Below are positions 38,164 to 47,997 of a stretch of DNA of 64,000 bases, one piece after another. Under the pieces are notes generated by a model, which searched no databases, had not been told where the DNA came from, and saw nothing but the letters and a program-made list of their open reading frames with translations. The position numbers and the translations under genes are program-made. The number at the start of each line of letters is the position of its first letter. The first letter of the stretch is position 1. Source of the DNA: Candidatus Latescibacterota bacterium (lineage in GTDB: Bacteria > Latescibacterota > UBA2968 > UBA8231); assembly GCA_965206595.1 (NCBI GenBank), contig OZ242214.1, forward strand, positions 672,001-736,000, given 5' to 3'.

Positions 38164-38603
38164 GAATCCCGGCAACAATCGAATGGCGCGCGGGTGCCAT
38201 GCTCGTCGGGGCGGCCGCGGTTTTCCTCCTTCTGCTGATTGTCCTTACGGTGACGCGCATGGATGTGGGGATGGAAGTCGAGGGGAAGATCATGCTCACA
38301 GAGACGGGTTGGGTAATGACCACCAAGGTTCCTGGGGACCGGGTCGCTTTTTTGCACAGGTGCAGGCAACTCAAAATCCGGAGCCGTGGAAATGAGGTCA
38401 GGTACGTGGAGGTCGGAAAGGTAAGTGGATGCCTAGCGGACGGGGAGCCCTCGGTTGCAGTGCGGATCGAAATCGACGGGACAGGGGGCGATGCAGCCGG
38501 GACGGACTCCTTTCAGGTGGTAGAAGCTACGCTCGTGCAAGAGCAAGGGGTGTCCATCCTGAGAGCCCTGTTCTCCAGTATCCTGGATCGCCCCGGAGTT
38601 TAG
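38160..38603 (+). CDS. Minimal HlyD-like membrane-fusion/adaptor protein
   Basis: ATGA overlap with exporter; TM anchor, VEGKI, beta-rich body, SILRALF tail; only 147 aa. Confidence 0.55.
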   Translation: MRIPATIEWRAGAMLVGAAAVFLLLLIVLTVTRMDVGMEVEGKIMLTETGWVMTTKVPGDRVAFLHRCRQLKIRSRGNEVRYVEVGKVSGCLADGEPSVAVRIEIDGTGGDAAGTDSFQVVEATLVQEQGVSILRALFSSILDRPGV

Positions 38604-38756
38604 GGCTTGCCACTATCAACTTAGCTGCCGGGGCCATGTTTCCACGGCGCAGAATTTCCATGGTTTTTCGGGTCACCATTCCCCGTGAATCCTTACGGGA
38701 GGCACTTCGTGGTTTACGCTTTCCACAATAGTGGATTCAAGCTGAGACTGAGACTT

Positions 38757-39383
38757 ATGAGAAGTCGCCGCAGACTCATTGCAACGTCAATTTTGTCAGG
38801 CATCCTGGGAATCGCAGCTTTCGGGCTCCTGTGGTTTCACAACCGGTACGGCGTCGAAAACATCATCCTCACAGGGCACACCTTTCCGCGCCTTGAGCTC
38901 ACGGATCTTGCGGGAGAGACCGTTGACCTCGACAGCTTTCGCGGCAAGAAGATAATCGCCGTGTTCCTCGATCTGGGTTGCGGTTATTGCCAAGAACAGC
39001 TCAAAGTCCTGGACGCAATACACCACCAGCATGGGCAGGACGGCAAATTCTCCATAGTAGCTGTTGCTACCTACGGCTCCGTTGTGCCTCGAAACTTCCA
39101 GTCCGGTGATGCTTTTTCCTTTCCGCTCTGGATGGAATCCAAGCTTCAACTACGAGAAAAACTCGGAACCTCAGCTGTCCCGGCACTGTTTCTCATCGAC
39201 GAGGAAGGCATCCTGTTGCATAAGCACGTAGGTTATAAGGCCTTTCGGCAAGTCCGAGGAATCATTGATTCCATGGTTCAGGATCACAAGTCCCGGTGTC
39301 CTCTCTCATCAATCCCTCGCTATTCCACCGGCGGTCCGTCCGGGCTGTCGGCGTTGCCTTCAGTCGCCCGTTCTCCCCGGTAA
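38757..39383 (+). CDS. TlpA/ResA-like membrane-anchored thioredoxin
   Basis: N-terminal TM, LTDLAGETVDLDSFRGK, CGYC, VPALFLIDEEG. Confidence 0.88.
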   Translation: MRSRRRLIATSILSGILGIAAFGLLWFHNRYGVENIILTGHTFPRLELTDLAGETVDLDSFRGKKIIAVFLDLGCGYCQEQLKVLDAIHHQHGQDGKFSIVAVATYGSVVPRNFQSGDAFSFPLWMESKLQLREKLGTSAVPALFLIDEEGILLHKHVGYKAFRQVRGIIDSMVQDHKSRCPLSSIPRYSTGGPSGLSALPSVARSPR

Positions 39384-39431
39384 GACTCGCCCCTCCGGTT
39401 TGCGCAAACCGATTGCCTGAACTGCGGATAC

Positions 39432-40118
39432 ATGGCTTTTCTTCCTTCCCTGCGACGCCTGGCCCTGGTGATTTTCTCGCCTTTCCTCGCATTCGACGAA
39501 ATTTCCGAACAGCCGACCTGGATATGCGCATATTTCACAATCGCTTTTGCAACTGCCATTTCGGCCTGGTATACTACCACGGTTTTTCAGCAGACCTTGT
39601 TCCTTGTTCCTGGTACTCTTCCGGATTCCCAGGCAGCTGGCGTATCATCGATCGAACAGGCAGTAAGGTATGCATCTACGGCGGTTTCCTTTTTCGTAAC
39701 TTTGCTTTCCTGGTCCGTTTCCGCGTTTCTACTCTGGTTGATTATTCAAATCTTCGAGGGATTGGCCAGCATCAAATCGATCTTGTCGGTGGTTGCGCAC
39801 GCAAGCGTCGCTACCCTGCTCCACGTTGTAACGGGATCGATCATCCTTTTCATCCGAACCCAAAACGGCGAGCTTGCCCCTGAGATTCTGCAGATAAGAA
39901 TGGGGCTCGATCTCTTTTGGAAAGAGACGACCCACCCTGTCCTGAATGTGATCCTTGCGGACGTCAATCCGTTCAAGGTGTGGTATAACTTTCTTCTGAC
40001 TCTCGGTATTCAAAGGGCCTGTCGATTCAGCTGGCTGCGCGCCGGCGGCATCGTTGGCGTGTTTTGGCTGGTAACACTCGCCTTGTGGGCCGGTTTCACC
40101 TTCGTGCTGCCGTCATAA
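39432..40118 (+). CDS. Yip1-family membrane protein
   Basis: IFSPFLAFDEISEQPTW start, about 5 TM, NPFKVW. Confidence 0.75.
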   Translation: MAFLPSLRRLALVIFSPFLAFDEISEQPTWICAYFTIAFATAISAWYTTTVFQQTLFLVPGTLPDSQAAGVSSIEQAVRYASTAVSFFVTLLSWSVSAFLLWLIIQIFEGLASIKSILSVVAHASVATLLHVVTGSIILFIRTQNGELAPEILQIRMGLDLFWKETTHPVLNVILADVNPFKVWYNFLLTLGIQRACRFSWLRAGGIVGVFWLVTLALWAGFTFVLPS

Positions 40119-40248
40119 CCCTCATCGGCTTACAGCGCCCGTGGAAGCTCCATCCGAGCAGCCTCCCCGGCGCCCGGGAACCCGGTGTTGCGCTTGCCTC
40201 CTCGGCAGCCCTGTGGTAGACTCCAGCGCCATCTGCCCCTCCAACCTT

Positions 40249-41049
40249 GTGCTTTTAACCACCATCCTGGCCGTGACCCTCCTGTCCGGCCTTTACACCT
40301 CTCTCTGGGGCGCCTTCAAGGACTCTCCCTTCGAGGGGTTCAAGCCGCGAACCTTCCCTCGCAGCATCTGGTTCAGCCTCGCCATTTTCCTGGTGCTGTA
40401 TACCCTTCCCCCGTTCAGCCATCGCCTGGCCGGAGTCGGGATGTTCCAGCTCTTCTTCCTGGTCATGGGGATCGAGCGGTTCCTCGCCGAGATCTACAAG
40501 GGCTTCTTCCGCACCGAAGACCAGGAGAAGTACTTCGTCCCCTCCCAAATCACCTTTTTCGGGCGGCACGTCGAGAGCGATCTCCTGCGCTACAGCGCCG
40601 GCACCGTGATCGTCGCCGCGGTGTTCGCCGTGACCCTCATAGAGATCCCCGTCGAGCGCTTCCTCTGGTTCGTCCTCATTGCCTACGCCACCGGGTTGGT
40701 TGTGTCCCTCGGAGGTGCCTACAAGGACGCCCCGTTCGAGGGGTTCAAGCCCCTGAAATTCCAGCGCTCCGGTCTCGTGCTGGCCCTTCTCAGCCCGCTG
40801 TTCTACTTCCTTAACGATCCCACCGCCCCGGTTTCGGCCGGGTTCCTCATCTACATGAACGGCGGCCTCGAGCGCTTTTCCGTCGAGTACTACAAGACCT
40901 ACGTGCAACGCAACATGTCCGGGAAGTTCCGCCCGGATCTCGTGCGTCTCGAGCAGTTCGTGCAGACCCGGGAGAAATTTCACTATCTCGCCCTGGTGAT
41001 CGTCGCCGCCCTTGCGGTGCTCTACGTCGTCGAGGTGCGCGCCTTGTAA
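40249..41049 (+). CDS. Hypothetical membrane protein with internal duplication
   Basis: GAFKDSPFEGFKPRTFPRS and GAYKDAPFEGFKPLKFQRS; GIERF..EIYK and GLERF..EYYK. Confidence 0.7.
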   Translation: MLLTTILAVTLLSGLYTSLWGAFKDSPFEGFKPRTFPRSIWFSLAIFLVLYTLPPFSHRLAGVGMFQLFFLVMGIERFLAEIYKGFFRTEDQEKYFVPSQITFFGRHVESDLLRYSAGTVIVAAVFAVTLIEIPVERFLWFVLIAYATGLVVSLGGAYKDAPFEGFKPLKFQRSGLVLALLSPLFYFLNDPTAPVSAGFLIYMNGGLERFSVEYYKTYVQRNMSGKFRPDLVRLEQFVQTREKFHYLALVIVAALAVLYVVEVRAL

Positions 41050-41090
41050 TTCCCCCCCGTTTCCGCCTGATTCCTCGGCGGAGACATTCC

Positions 41091-42578
41091 GTGAAATACG
41101 ATGCCGTCATCGTCGGTTCCGGGTTCGGCGGGGCCTGCGCCGCCTACCGCCTGGTCCGTGCCGGCCTGAAGACCCTCCTGGTCGAGCGCGGGGGCTGGCC
41201 GCACCGGGACGAGTGGGACTGGAACCAGCGGCAGATTCTGATCGAGAAGCGATACCGGTCCGCCTCGCCGGTGTCGGTGCGTCAGTACGGCGCCAAAGAA
41301 GCGGAGCCGCTCTATCCGAACGAGGTGGTCGGCGGCAACTCGGTCTTTTTTGGTGGAGCTTCCCTGCGCCTGCGGGAAACCGATTTCGAGAAGTGGCCGA
41401 TCGCCTACGACGAGCTGGAGCCGTACTACGCCGAGGCCGAAAACCTGTTGGCCGTTCACGGCGAGACCGGAACCGACCCCTGCGAGCCGCGGCGCTCCGC
41501 TCCCTATCCGCGGGCCCCGGTCGACCTCGCCCCCCCTGCCCGACGCATCCGGTCGGCCGCGGAACGGCTCGGCCTCAAACCGTTTCCCCTGCCGATGGCG
41601 ATCAACTTCGACGATCCGCAACGGCCCCTCTGCATCCGCTGCTCGACCTGCGACGGGTTCCCGTGCCGGATCGAGGCCAAGAACGACATGACGGCGACGG
41701 CGCTGCGCCTGGGGCAGGAGGCCGGCCTCGAGATCGTCGCCGGCCTGGCGGCGACGCACCTGGAGGTATCGGGGGGCCGCGTCGAGGCCCTGCATGGGGT
41801 GGCCGTCACAGGCGAGCCGAAAACCCTCGTCCTGGAAGGGGAGCGTTTCTTCATCGCCGCCGGAGCGCTGCAGACCCCCGCCCTGCTGCTGCGGTCGCGC
41901 CTCGACTCGCCCGGGGCCCGGTGGATCGGCCGCTGCCTGATGAGGCACTGCAATGGGGTGGTCGCCGGGGTCTTTCCGTTTCGCACCAACCCCGGGAATC
42001 TCTTCCACAAGCAGCTCTGCTTCACCGAGTTCTACGAGCGCTTCCGCGCCCGGCACGGCACCGCCGCCGGGGTCATCCAGGATATCTACACTCCGTCGAG
42101 CGAGGTGATCTCCCACTTCGCTCCTTTCGGGCTCAAGCGGATCGCCGGGGCGTTCGGACCCTTCATGCAGAACCTGCTCTGCATCGCCGAGGACGAGCCG
42201 CGCTTCGAAAACGCCGTGCGCCTCGGCGGCGGCAGGGACGGCTGGGGGGTGGAGATTCCCCGCGTCGACCACCAGTACAGCGCGGCCGACCTAGAGCGCC
42301 GTGATTTCCTCGCGGCCCAGGCCCGCCGGGTGCTCAGGGCGGCCGGGGCGTGGAAGACGCGGATGTACGAGATCGACACCTTCTCCCATGCGGTCGGCAC
42401 GGTGCGCTGCGGCGACTCCCCGGAGCGCGGAGCCCTCGACCGCGACTGCCGCGTCTGGGGACTGGAAAATCTCTACGTCGTCGACGGCAGCTGCTTCCCT
42501 GCCTCGGGGGGCGTCAACCCGAGTCTCACCATCGCCGCCAACGCCCTGCGCGTGGCCGACGTGGGGGGCGCGGCGTGA
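41091..42578 (+). CDS. GMC family oxidoreductase
   Basis: IVGSGFGG, VGGNS, HAVGTVR, NLYVVDGS, NPSLTIAANALR. Confidence 0.92.
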   Translation: MKYDAVIVGSGFGGACAAYRLVRAGLKTLLVERGGWPHRDEWDWNQRQILIEKRYRSASPVSVRQYGAKEAEPLYPNEVVGGNSVFFGGASLRLRETDFEKWPIAYDELEPYYAEAENLLAVHGETGTDPCEPRRSAPYPRAPVDLAPPARRIRSAAERLGLKPFPLPMAINFDDPQRPLCIRCSTCDGFPCRIEAKNDMTATALRLGQEAGLEIVAGLAATHLEVSGGRVEALHGVAVTGEPKTLVLEGERFFIAAGALQTPALLLRSRLDSPGARWIGRCLMRHCNGVVAGVFPFRTNPGNLFHKQLCFTEFYERFRARHGTAAGVIQDIYTPSSEVISHFAPFGLKRIAGAFGPFMQNLLCIAEDEPRFENAVRLGGGRDGWGVEIPRVDHQYSAADLERRDFLAAQARRVLRAAGAWKTRMYEIDTFSHAVGTVRCGDSPERGALDRDCRVWGLENLYVVDGSCFPASGGVNPSLTIAANALRVADVGGAA

Positions 42579-43534
42579 TGCGGGTCGGCCTCGCCGGCTG
42601 CGGCGCCATCGGCAGGAAGCACGCCGGCACCCTGCGGGGCCGGGCGGGCCTGCTGTTTTTCAGCCGAACCCGGGCCCGAGCCGAGGAGTTCGCCCGGGAG
42701 TTCGGCGGCGAGGTGTGTGCCTCCTTCGAGGAGCTTCTCGAAAGGGCGGACGGGGTGGTCATCGCCACGCCCCCGGAGCGGCACGAGACCGAGACGGTCG
42801 CCGCCCTCGCTTCCGGGGCCGCCGCGGTTCTCGTCGAGAAACCGCTCTGCCACGAGCCGGACCAGCTCCCCCGCATCGAGGCGGCCGCGGCCCGGCATCC
42901 CGGAACCACCCTGATGGTCGCCGAGAACTACTACTACAAACCCTCCCTGCTGAAGCTGAAGCAGCACATAAGATCGGGGGACCTCGGCGAGATCGAGCGC
43001 ATCGAGGTGAAGAAGCTGAAGGAGCAAAAGGCCTCCGGGTGGCGGGCCGCCCACGGGTCGCTGCTGGAGGGGGGCATCCATTTCGTCGCCCTGGTCGCCG
43101 ATCTGCTCGACGCTGCAACCGGAAGCGAATGCGGCAGGCCGCAGCTGGTAAATGCGGAATTCCCCGGCCGGCAAAGCAGCGAGGCGGAGCGCCACGCCGT
43201 CGTCGCGCTCGGGGCGCCTGGCGGGCCGGAGGCGGAGATCCGCTACGCTTGGAACGTGCCGTCGCCGACCGGGGGGGTGTTCCAGCATTCCCGCATCGCC
43301 GGCAGCGAGGGCGGGGTGCTGTTCGAGAGCAACGGGATATACCACTGGGTGCGCTCGCAGCGGCGCCGGGCCCTGGAGTTCCCCGGCTTCGGCGACATGA
43401 TGGGCTACCGGGGGATGATGGAGGATTTCCTCGCCTGCCTGGAAGACCGGGGCCGTTCACCGTACTCGAACCTGGCGCGCGCGCGCCGCGACCTGCAGAT
43501 CGTATTCGATGCCTACCGCCGGCTGGAAGGGTAG
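42578..43534 (+). CDS. Gfo/Idh/MocA oxidoreductase
   Basis: GLAGCGAIG, IATP, VEKP, EGGIH; TGATG coupling. Confidence 0.88.
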   Translation: MRVGLAGCGAIGRKHAGTLRGRAGLLFFSRTRARAEEFAREFGGEVCASFEELLERADGVVIATPPERHETETVAALASGAAAVLVEKPLCHEPDQLPRIEAAAARHPGTTLMVAENYYYKPSLLKLKQHIRSGDLGEIERIEVKKLKEQKASGWRAAHGSLLEGGIHFVALVADLLDAATGSECGRPQLVNAEFPGRQSSEAERHAVVALGAPGGPEAEIRYAWNVPSPTGGVFQHSRIAGSEGGVLFESNGIYHWVRSQRRRALEFPGFGDMMGYRGMMEDFLACLEDRGRSPYSNLARARRDLQIVFDAYRRLEG

Positions 43535-43741
43535 CGCCGGTTTACCGCAAGTCGCCGCAGGCGAGGTCCGCAAACCCCACAAAACGAGGCGGGACGGTCG
43601 GATCGGACGGAGACCGCAGTGCTCGGAACCGCCGGACCGGCTGCCGGGGGGCGAGGATGGACCGGCGGAAGAAGGACGGGGTACCTTTCTGGGACGAAAC
43701 TGAATTCCGAACGAAATCGTATTTCCGCGACAGGAGATTTC

Positions 43742-44146
43742 ATGACCCTGCACAAGGAACACACCGAGCGGTTCAAACAACTCGCCGAGGACGCGAGGAG
43801 CCGCATCCGCGAGACGACCGCCGACGCGATCAAGGAGCGGATCGATTCGGGGGAGGAGTTCCATCTCGTCGACGTCCGCGAAGAGAGCGAGTGGGCGGAA
43901 GGTCACCTGCCCGGGGCCTTCCACCTCGGCCGCGGCATCATCGAGCGGGACATCGAGGAGCACTTCCCCGACTACGGGGAGGAGATCGTCCTGTACTGCG
44001 GGGGCGGCTACCGCTCGGCCCTGGCCGCGGACAGCTTGCGGAAGATGGGGTACGCCAACGTGATTTCCATGGACGGGGGCTACCGCGGCTGGACAGACGC
44101 GGGGTATCCGGTAGATGGGATCGGCAGCCCGGGGAATGCCGGGTAG
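43742..44146 (+). CDS. Rhodanese-like sulfurtransferase
   Basis: VDVREESEW, GHLPGA, LYCGGGYRS, SMDGG; AGGAG RBS. Confidence 0.92.
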   Translation: MTLHKEHTERFKQLAEDARSRIRETTADAIKERIDSGEEFHLVDVREESEWAEGHLPGAFHLGRGIIERDIEEHFPDYGEEIVLYCGGGYRSALAADSLRKMGYANVISMDGGYRGWTDAGYPVDGIGSPGNAG

Positions 44147-44171
44147 GCCCATTCAGAAAGGGGAGGGAGTT

Positions 44172-45095
44172 ATGACTGTTACCACCGCGACAGGGCAAAC
44201 CCCCGGGGTCCGGAGCATTCCGCAGCGCCTGCTGGGGAAGACGGGAGAGCTGGTCCCGGTGCTGGGTCTGGGGACCGGCCCGGGCGGCCTGGGCATGAAG
44301 GACGACGACGCCATCGCCCTTTACCTGGGCGCCATCGAGCTGGGGATCACCTATTTCGATACCGCTCCCTCGTACGACCGCGCCCACCGCCAGCTCGGCG
44401 AGATCCTGCCGCAGCACCGCGAGGGGCTGTTCCTCGCCAGCAAGGCGCACACCGCGGAGTACGACGAGGCCCTGCGCATCGTCGAGCAGAGCCTGAAGGA
44501 TCTGCGCATCGACCAGCTCGATCTCGTCTACGTCCACAGCGTCGGCAACCTCGACCCGGAAGCGGTGCTGTCCGCCAGCGGGTCGCTTGCAGGGTTGCGT
44601 CAGGCGCAGAGGCGGGGCATGACCCGCTTCGTCGGCATCACCGCGCACCACATGCCGGACCACTCCGTGCGGATCCTGAACAGCGCCGACGTCGACGTCG
44701 GCATGTTCGCGCTGAATCCGGGGGACCGCCACACCTACAACTTCGAGGAGAAGGTGCTGCCTCTGGCGCGCGCGCAGAACACCGGGATCGCGGCGATGAA
44801 GGTGTACGGCGGCGCCTCGGGGATGAAGTACCAGCTCGACGGGGAGGAGCGCTTTCGCCCGACGGCCATGGCCGTCCACGGCTTTACGGATTACGAGCGC
44901 GCCTTCCGCTACTGCCTCGACCTGCCCGGAGTGGCGGTCAACGTCATCGGGATGTACCGGGAAGAGGAGATCGAGCAGAACATCGAGCTGGCCTGCAGGT
45001 ACGAGCCGCTGGCGGATACCGAGCTGGCGATGCTGGAGAGGGCCGGCGCCGATCTCGGGAAAAGCTGGGGGGAGCACTTCGGTCCGGGGGGCTGA
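44172..45095 (+). CDS. Aldo/keto reductase
   Basis: LGLGT, GITYFDTAPSY, FLASK, LDLVYVH, AMK. Confidence 0.9.
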   Translation: MTVTTATGQTPGVRSIPQRLLGKTGELVPVLGLGTGPGGLGMKDDDAIALYLGAIELGITYFDTAPSYDRAHRQLGEILPQHREGLFLASKAHTAEYDEALRIVEQSLKDLRIDQLDLVYVHSVGNLDPEAVLSASGSLAGLRQAQRRGMTRFVGITAHHMPDHSVRILNSADVDVGMFALNPGDRHTYNFEEKVLPLARAQNTGIAAMKVYGGASGMKYQLDGEERFRPTAMAVHGFTDYERAFRYCLDLPGVAVNVIGMYREEEIEQNIELACRYEPLADTELAMLERAGADLGKSWGEHFGPGG

Positions 45096-45420
45096 GTCCC
45101 GGGGCCGCGGGCTGGGGGCGAGCCGCTGGAGGGCCGCGTTTCAGGGGAAGGTCATTGTAAAGGGCAGGCGGCAAGGCGGGCTGAGTCTCCGGGGCCGCCG
45201 GCTGGCGAACACCGAGGCCCGGGTGTGGTTTCAGCTTGAGGGGAGGCCATGCCGATCATGCGGACTCCGCACCAACACAGACCCCGCGAGCAACAGTAGC
45301 CCTCTCCCCCTTCCCGGACCTACTGCCCGAACTCTGGACCCGGTGTTTCCGCAGCGGTTGCAGCTCTCCGGCTCGGGCACCTTCGGCCTGGCTGCCGCCT
45401 AATCCCTGCGGGACTATCCG

Positions 45421-46497
45421 CTAATCGGAGTACAGCTCCTCCACGTCGACCGGCCGCCCCCCTTCCGCGGCGGAACGGTAAGCCGAGTCGAGCAGCTCGA
45501 CGGTCCGCCACCCCACCTCCGCGGGCGAGCCGTTTCCGGCCGCCCCCGTGATCACGTCCACGAGGTTCGAGGCCGTGGCCTGCATCGGATAGATCGCGTC
45601 ATCCCCGACCAGCGGCTCGAGCGTTTCCACGCTGTGGTCCGGGTGGGTGATTCTCCCCGTGCCCGCGAGGGAATCGAGCGAGACCTGTCCCTGCTCGCAG
45701 ATGATGTCGGTGCGCAGCCACTCCGGGTCTCCGTGGCGGATGGCGCCGGTGCTGGCGATCGAAGCGAGGGCTCCGCTGTCCAGGCGGACCGATATGGCGT
45801 CGACGACGTCGGTGGCGACATCGAGGTTCTCCATCAGGGCGGTGGTCCGCACCGGCCGCGCCCCGGTGACGAACAGCGCCAGCCCCGCGGAGTGGGTTAC
45901 CTGCAGGTGGCCCTGGCCGCCCCCGGACCGCTCGATGTCGGCGTAGACGTCCCCCGGACCGACGACGGGATAGTCGAAGTGCGGCCGGTAGGTCCGGTCC
46001 TCTCCGCGCAGGAACTGCAGCACCATCGAGGCGAAGACGGAGTTTACGAGCAGGACGGGGCCGAGCCGCCCGGACTGCACGACCTCCCTGGCGCGCAGCG
46101 TCTGCGGCGTGAAGTGCCAGGGGTAGCCGATGATCAGCTCGCGGTTCTTCTCCCCGGAGAGCGCGACCAGCTCCCGCGCGTGGGCGGCGCGCAGCACCAT
46201 CGGCTTTTCCAGCATGACGTGCAGGCCGGCCTCCAGGCAGGTGCGGGCGACCTCGAAATGCTCCGCGTGCCAGACGGCGACGACGGCGCCGTCGAGCCGC
46301 TCCTTCTCCAGCATTTCGCGGTAGTCGGTGTAGGTGCGCTCGACGCCGTACGCTTCCGCTGCTTTCGCCAGGATTTCGGGACGGAGGTCCGCGGCGGCCA
46401 CGAGCTCCGCCTCGGGATGGGCGAGGACGGCGGGGAAGTGGGCGGTCGTCGCCCACCACCCGGTGCCGATAATGCCGATTCTTGCCTTGTCAGCCAT
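45421..46497 (-). CDS. Gfo/Idh/MocA oxidoreductase
   Basis: IGIIGTGW, HVMLEKPM, SAYRSA. Confidence 0.9.
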   Translation of the reverse strand: MADKARIGIIGTGWWATTAHFPAVLAHPEAELVAAADLRPEILAKAAEAYGVERTYTDYREMLEKERLDGAVVAVWHAEHFEVARTCLEAGLHVMLEKPMVLRAAHARELVALSGEKNRELIIGYPWHFTPQTLRAREVVQSGRLGPVLLVNSVFASMVLQFLRGEDRTYRPHFDYPVVGPGDVYADIERSGGGQGHLQVTHSAGLALFVTGARPVRTTALMENLDVATDVVDAISVRLDSGALASIASTGAIRHGDPEWLRTDIICEQGQVSLDSLAGTGRITHPDHSVETLEPLVGDDAIYPMQATASNLVDVITGAAGNGSPAEVGWRTVELLDSAYRSAAEGGRPVDVEELYSD

Positions 46498-47109
46498 GGG
46501 GACCTCGGTTTCGGGAAGAAGGGGTAGGTACTTTGAAAAGAGAATTACATCGAATTGGACGAAAAGTCAGTGAGATGAATAGAATGTGGTGAAGGCCATC
46601 AGATCCTGACTGTTTAGCCCGGAAATCGGGATGTCGACTGGCTGACAAAATCACCGGGGAGGTGTGGGTTGTGGGTGGCCGCCATCGGTGTGAAGCTGCT
46701 CAAACAGGGGAAGAAATAGCATCCCGGCCGTGATCATTGACCTCGAAGATTTTTCTTCTTGGCCTATGTTGAAGCTCTGGCGAGGGGAGTGATTTTTTCG
46801 GTGCAACCTCCCTTATCTGAAACGCTACCACAGGCTGGTCACCCTGACCAACTGCGACGGCGCCAGCTACCGGGGCAGCGCCGCCCGGCGCGGCGGCCGC
46901 GGCGCAGGTGGAGGTTATCCCAACTTCCGGTTCACCAGCATGGGGAACTTATTGCCCGGCACCGGGCGGAGCGAGGCTGAACCGGGCCGTCACCGCCGCG
47001 GGAGAACATCCGCGGATTCCGGCGGCCATCTGGTTAGGCTCAAAAATCAGTGAGCCGTCGAGCCTGACCGTTCTGTGGGTGGGCATCCGCTTGAGCGCGG
47101 AGAAGAGGC

Positions 47110-47997
47110 TTACTCCAAAGAGGCCTTGATCCGCCCCCAGGTAACGGACTCGACTGCTGTATCCTGAGCGGGAAGCAACAACCCATCGAGGAAGATATCG
47201 GCCATGGAATGGAACAGCCACATAAAGGCTTCCTCATCGTCAATGGCTTCGGGATTCCAGGGAATGGGAAAACCCAAGCCTGAGGGATCGAAGTCGTAGA
47301 TCACAGGGGCGAAACCCACAATTTGATGCGCGGACAGCTCGCTGAAAGGGGTCTCGTCGATGTTGTCGCCCCATCCGTCCTGTGGCGTGACATACATCTC
47401 GACAACCCAGACAACGGGGATTTCTCCAGCTACACCTCCACCGGCGTCTCCGTAGGGCGGGGAAGTATGCCAGGGTTGGAGGTAGCTGTGTCCGTTGGCC
47501 AAGGTTGGGCCGCTTACTGTTTTTGAAATGGCCTCGTATTTCTGCGTTTCTCCATAAATCGGCATCTTCTCCTCAAGTGCACCAGGGTATCCATCAGCGA
47601 ATCCTCTGCCGCCACTGTGATCTGCATCGAGATAAAGAACAATGCTGTCGTTAAGATCTATCGTGTCTGATTCCTCTCCAGACCAATCATGGGTATTCTT
47701 GTATTCATCGTCGATGACGATGAAGGCTGCATATATCCGGTTCAGCTCGTCATGCCAAGCCAGCCAAATGCGAAAGTCGAGGTTGGAGGGATCAGGAGGG
47801 ATAAGGTTCCGATTGGTCTTGAAATCCAGCAGCGTCATATTGGGTTCCCCGATCTCATACCACTCGTCGATAAATCCATCGTGTATATCGATTTTTTCCA
47901 GCATATCATCAGTAAGCTCGTAAATGGGATATACGAGCTTACCGCTGTGGGCTTCAACCAACCCTGAAAAAATCAAAACAATCAGCAATGCATTCAC
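47110..47997 (-). CDS. Secreted hypothetical protein (CBM9/DOMON-like) with C-terminal TWGRIK tail
   Basis: GTG start after AAGGA, signal peptide, DGFIDEW, RIYAAF..DD, DSIVLYLDAD, TAVESVTWGRIKASLE. Confidence 0.65.
   Translation of the reverse strand: MNALLIVLIFSGLVEAHSGKLVYPIYELTDDMLEKIDIHDGFIDEWYEIGEPNMTLLDFKTNRNLIPPDPSNLDFRIWLAWHDELNRIYAAFIVIDDEYKNTHDWSGEESDTIDLNDSIVLYLDADHSGGRGFADGYPGALEEKMPIYGETQKYEAISKTVSGPTLANGHSYLQPWHTSPPYGDAGGGVAGEIPVVWVVEMYVTPQDGWGDNIDETPFSELSAHQIVGFAPVIYDFDPSGLGFPIPWNPEAIDDEEAFMWLFHSMADIFLDGLLLPAQDTAVESVTWGRIKASLE

Noticed and set aside
33389-40118. Assignment as lanthipeptide, glycocin or canonical circular bacteriocin
   Set aside because: No LanB/C/M, glycosyltransferase, C39 peptidase or recognisable SpoIIM/DUF95 gene
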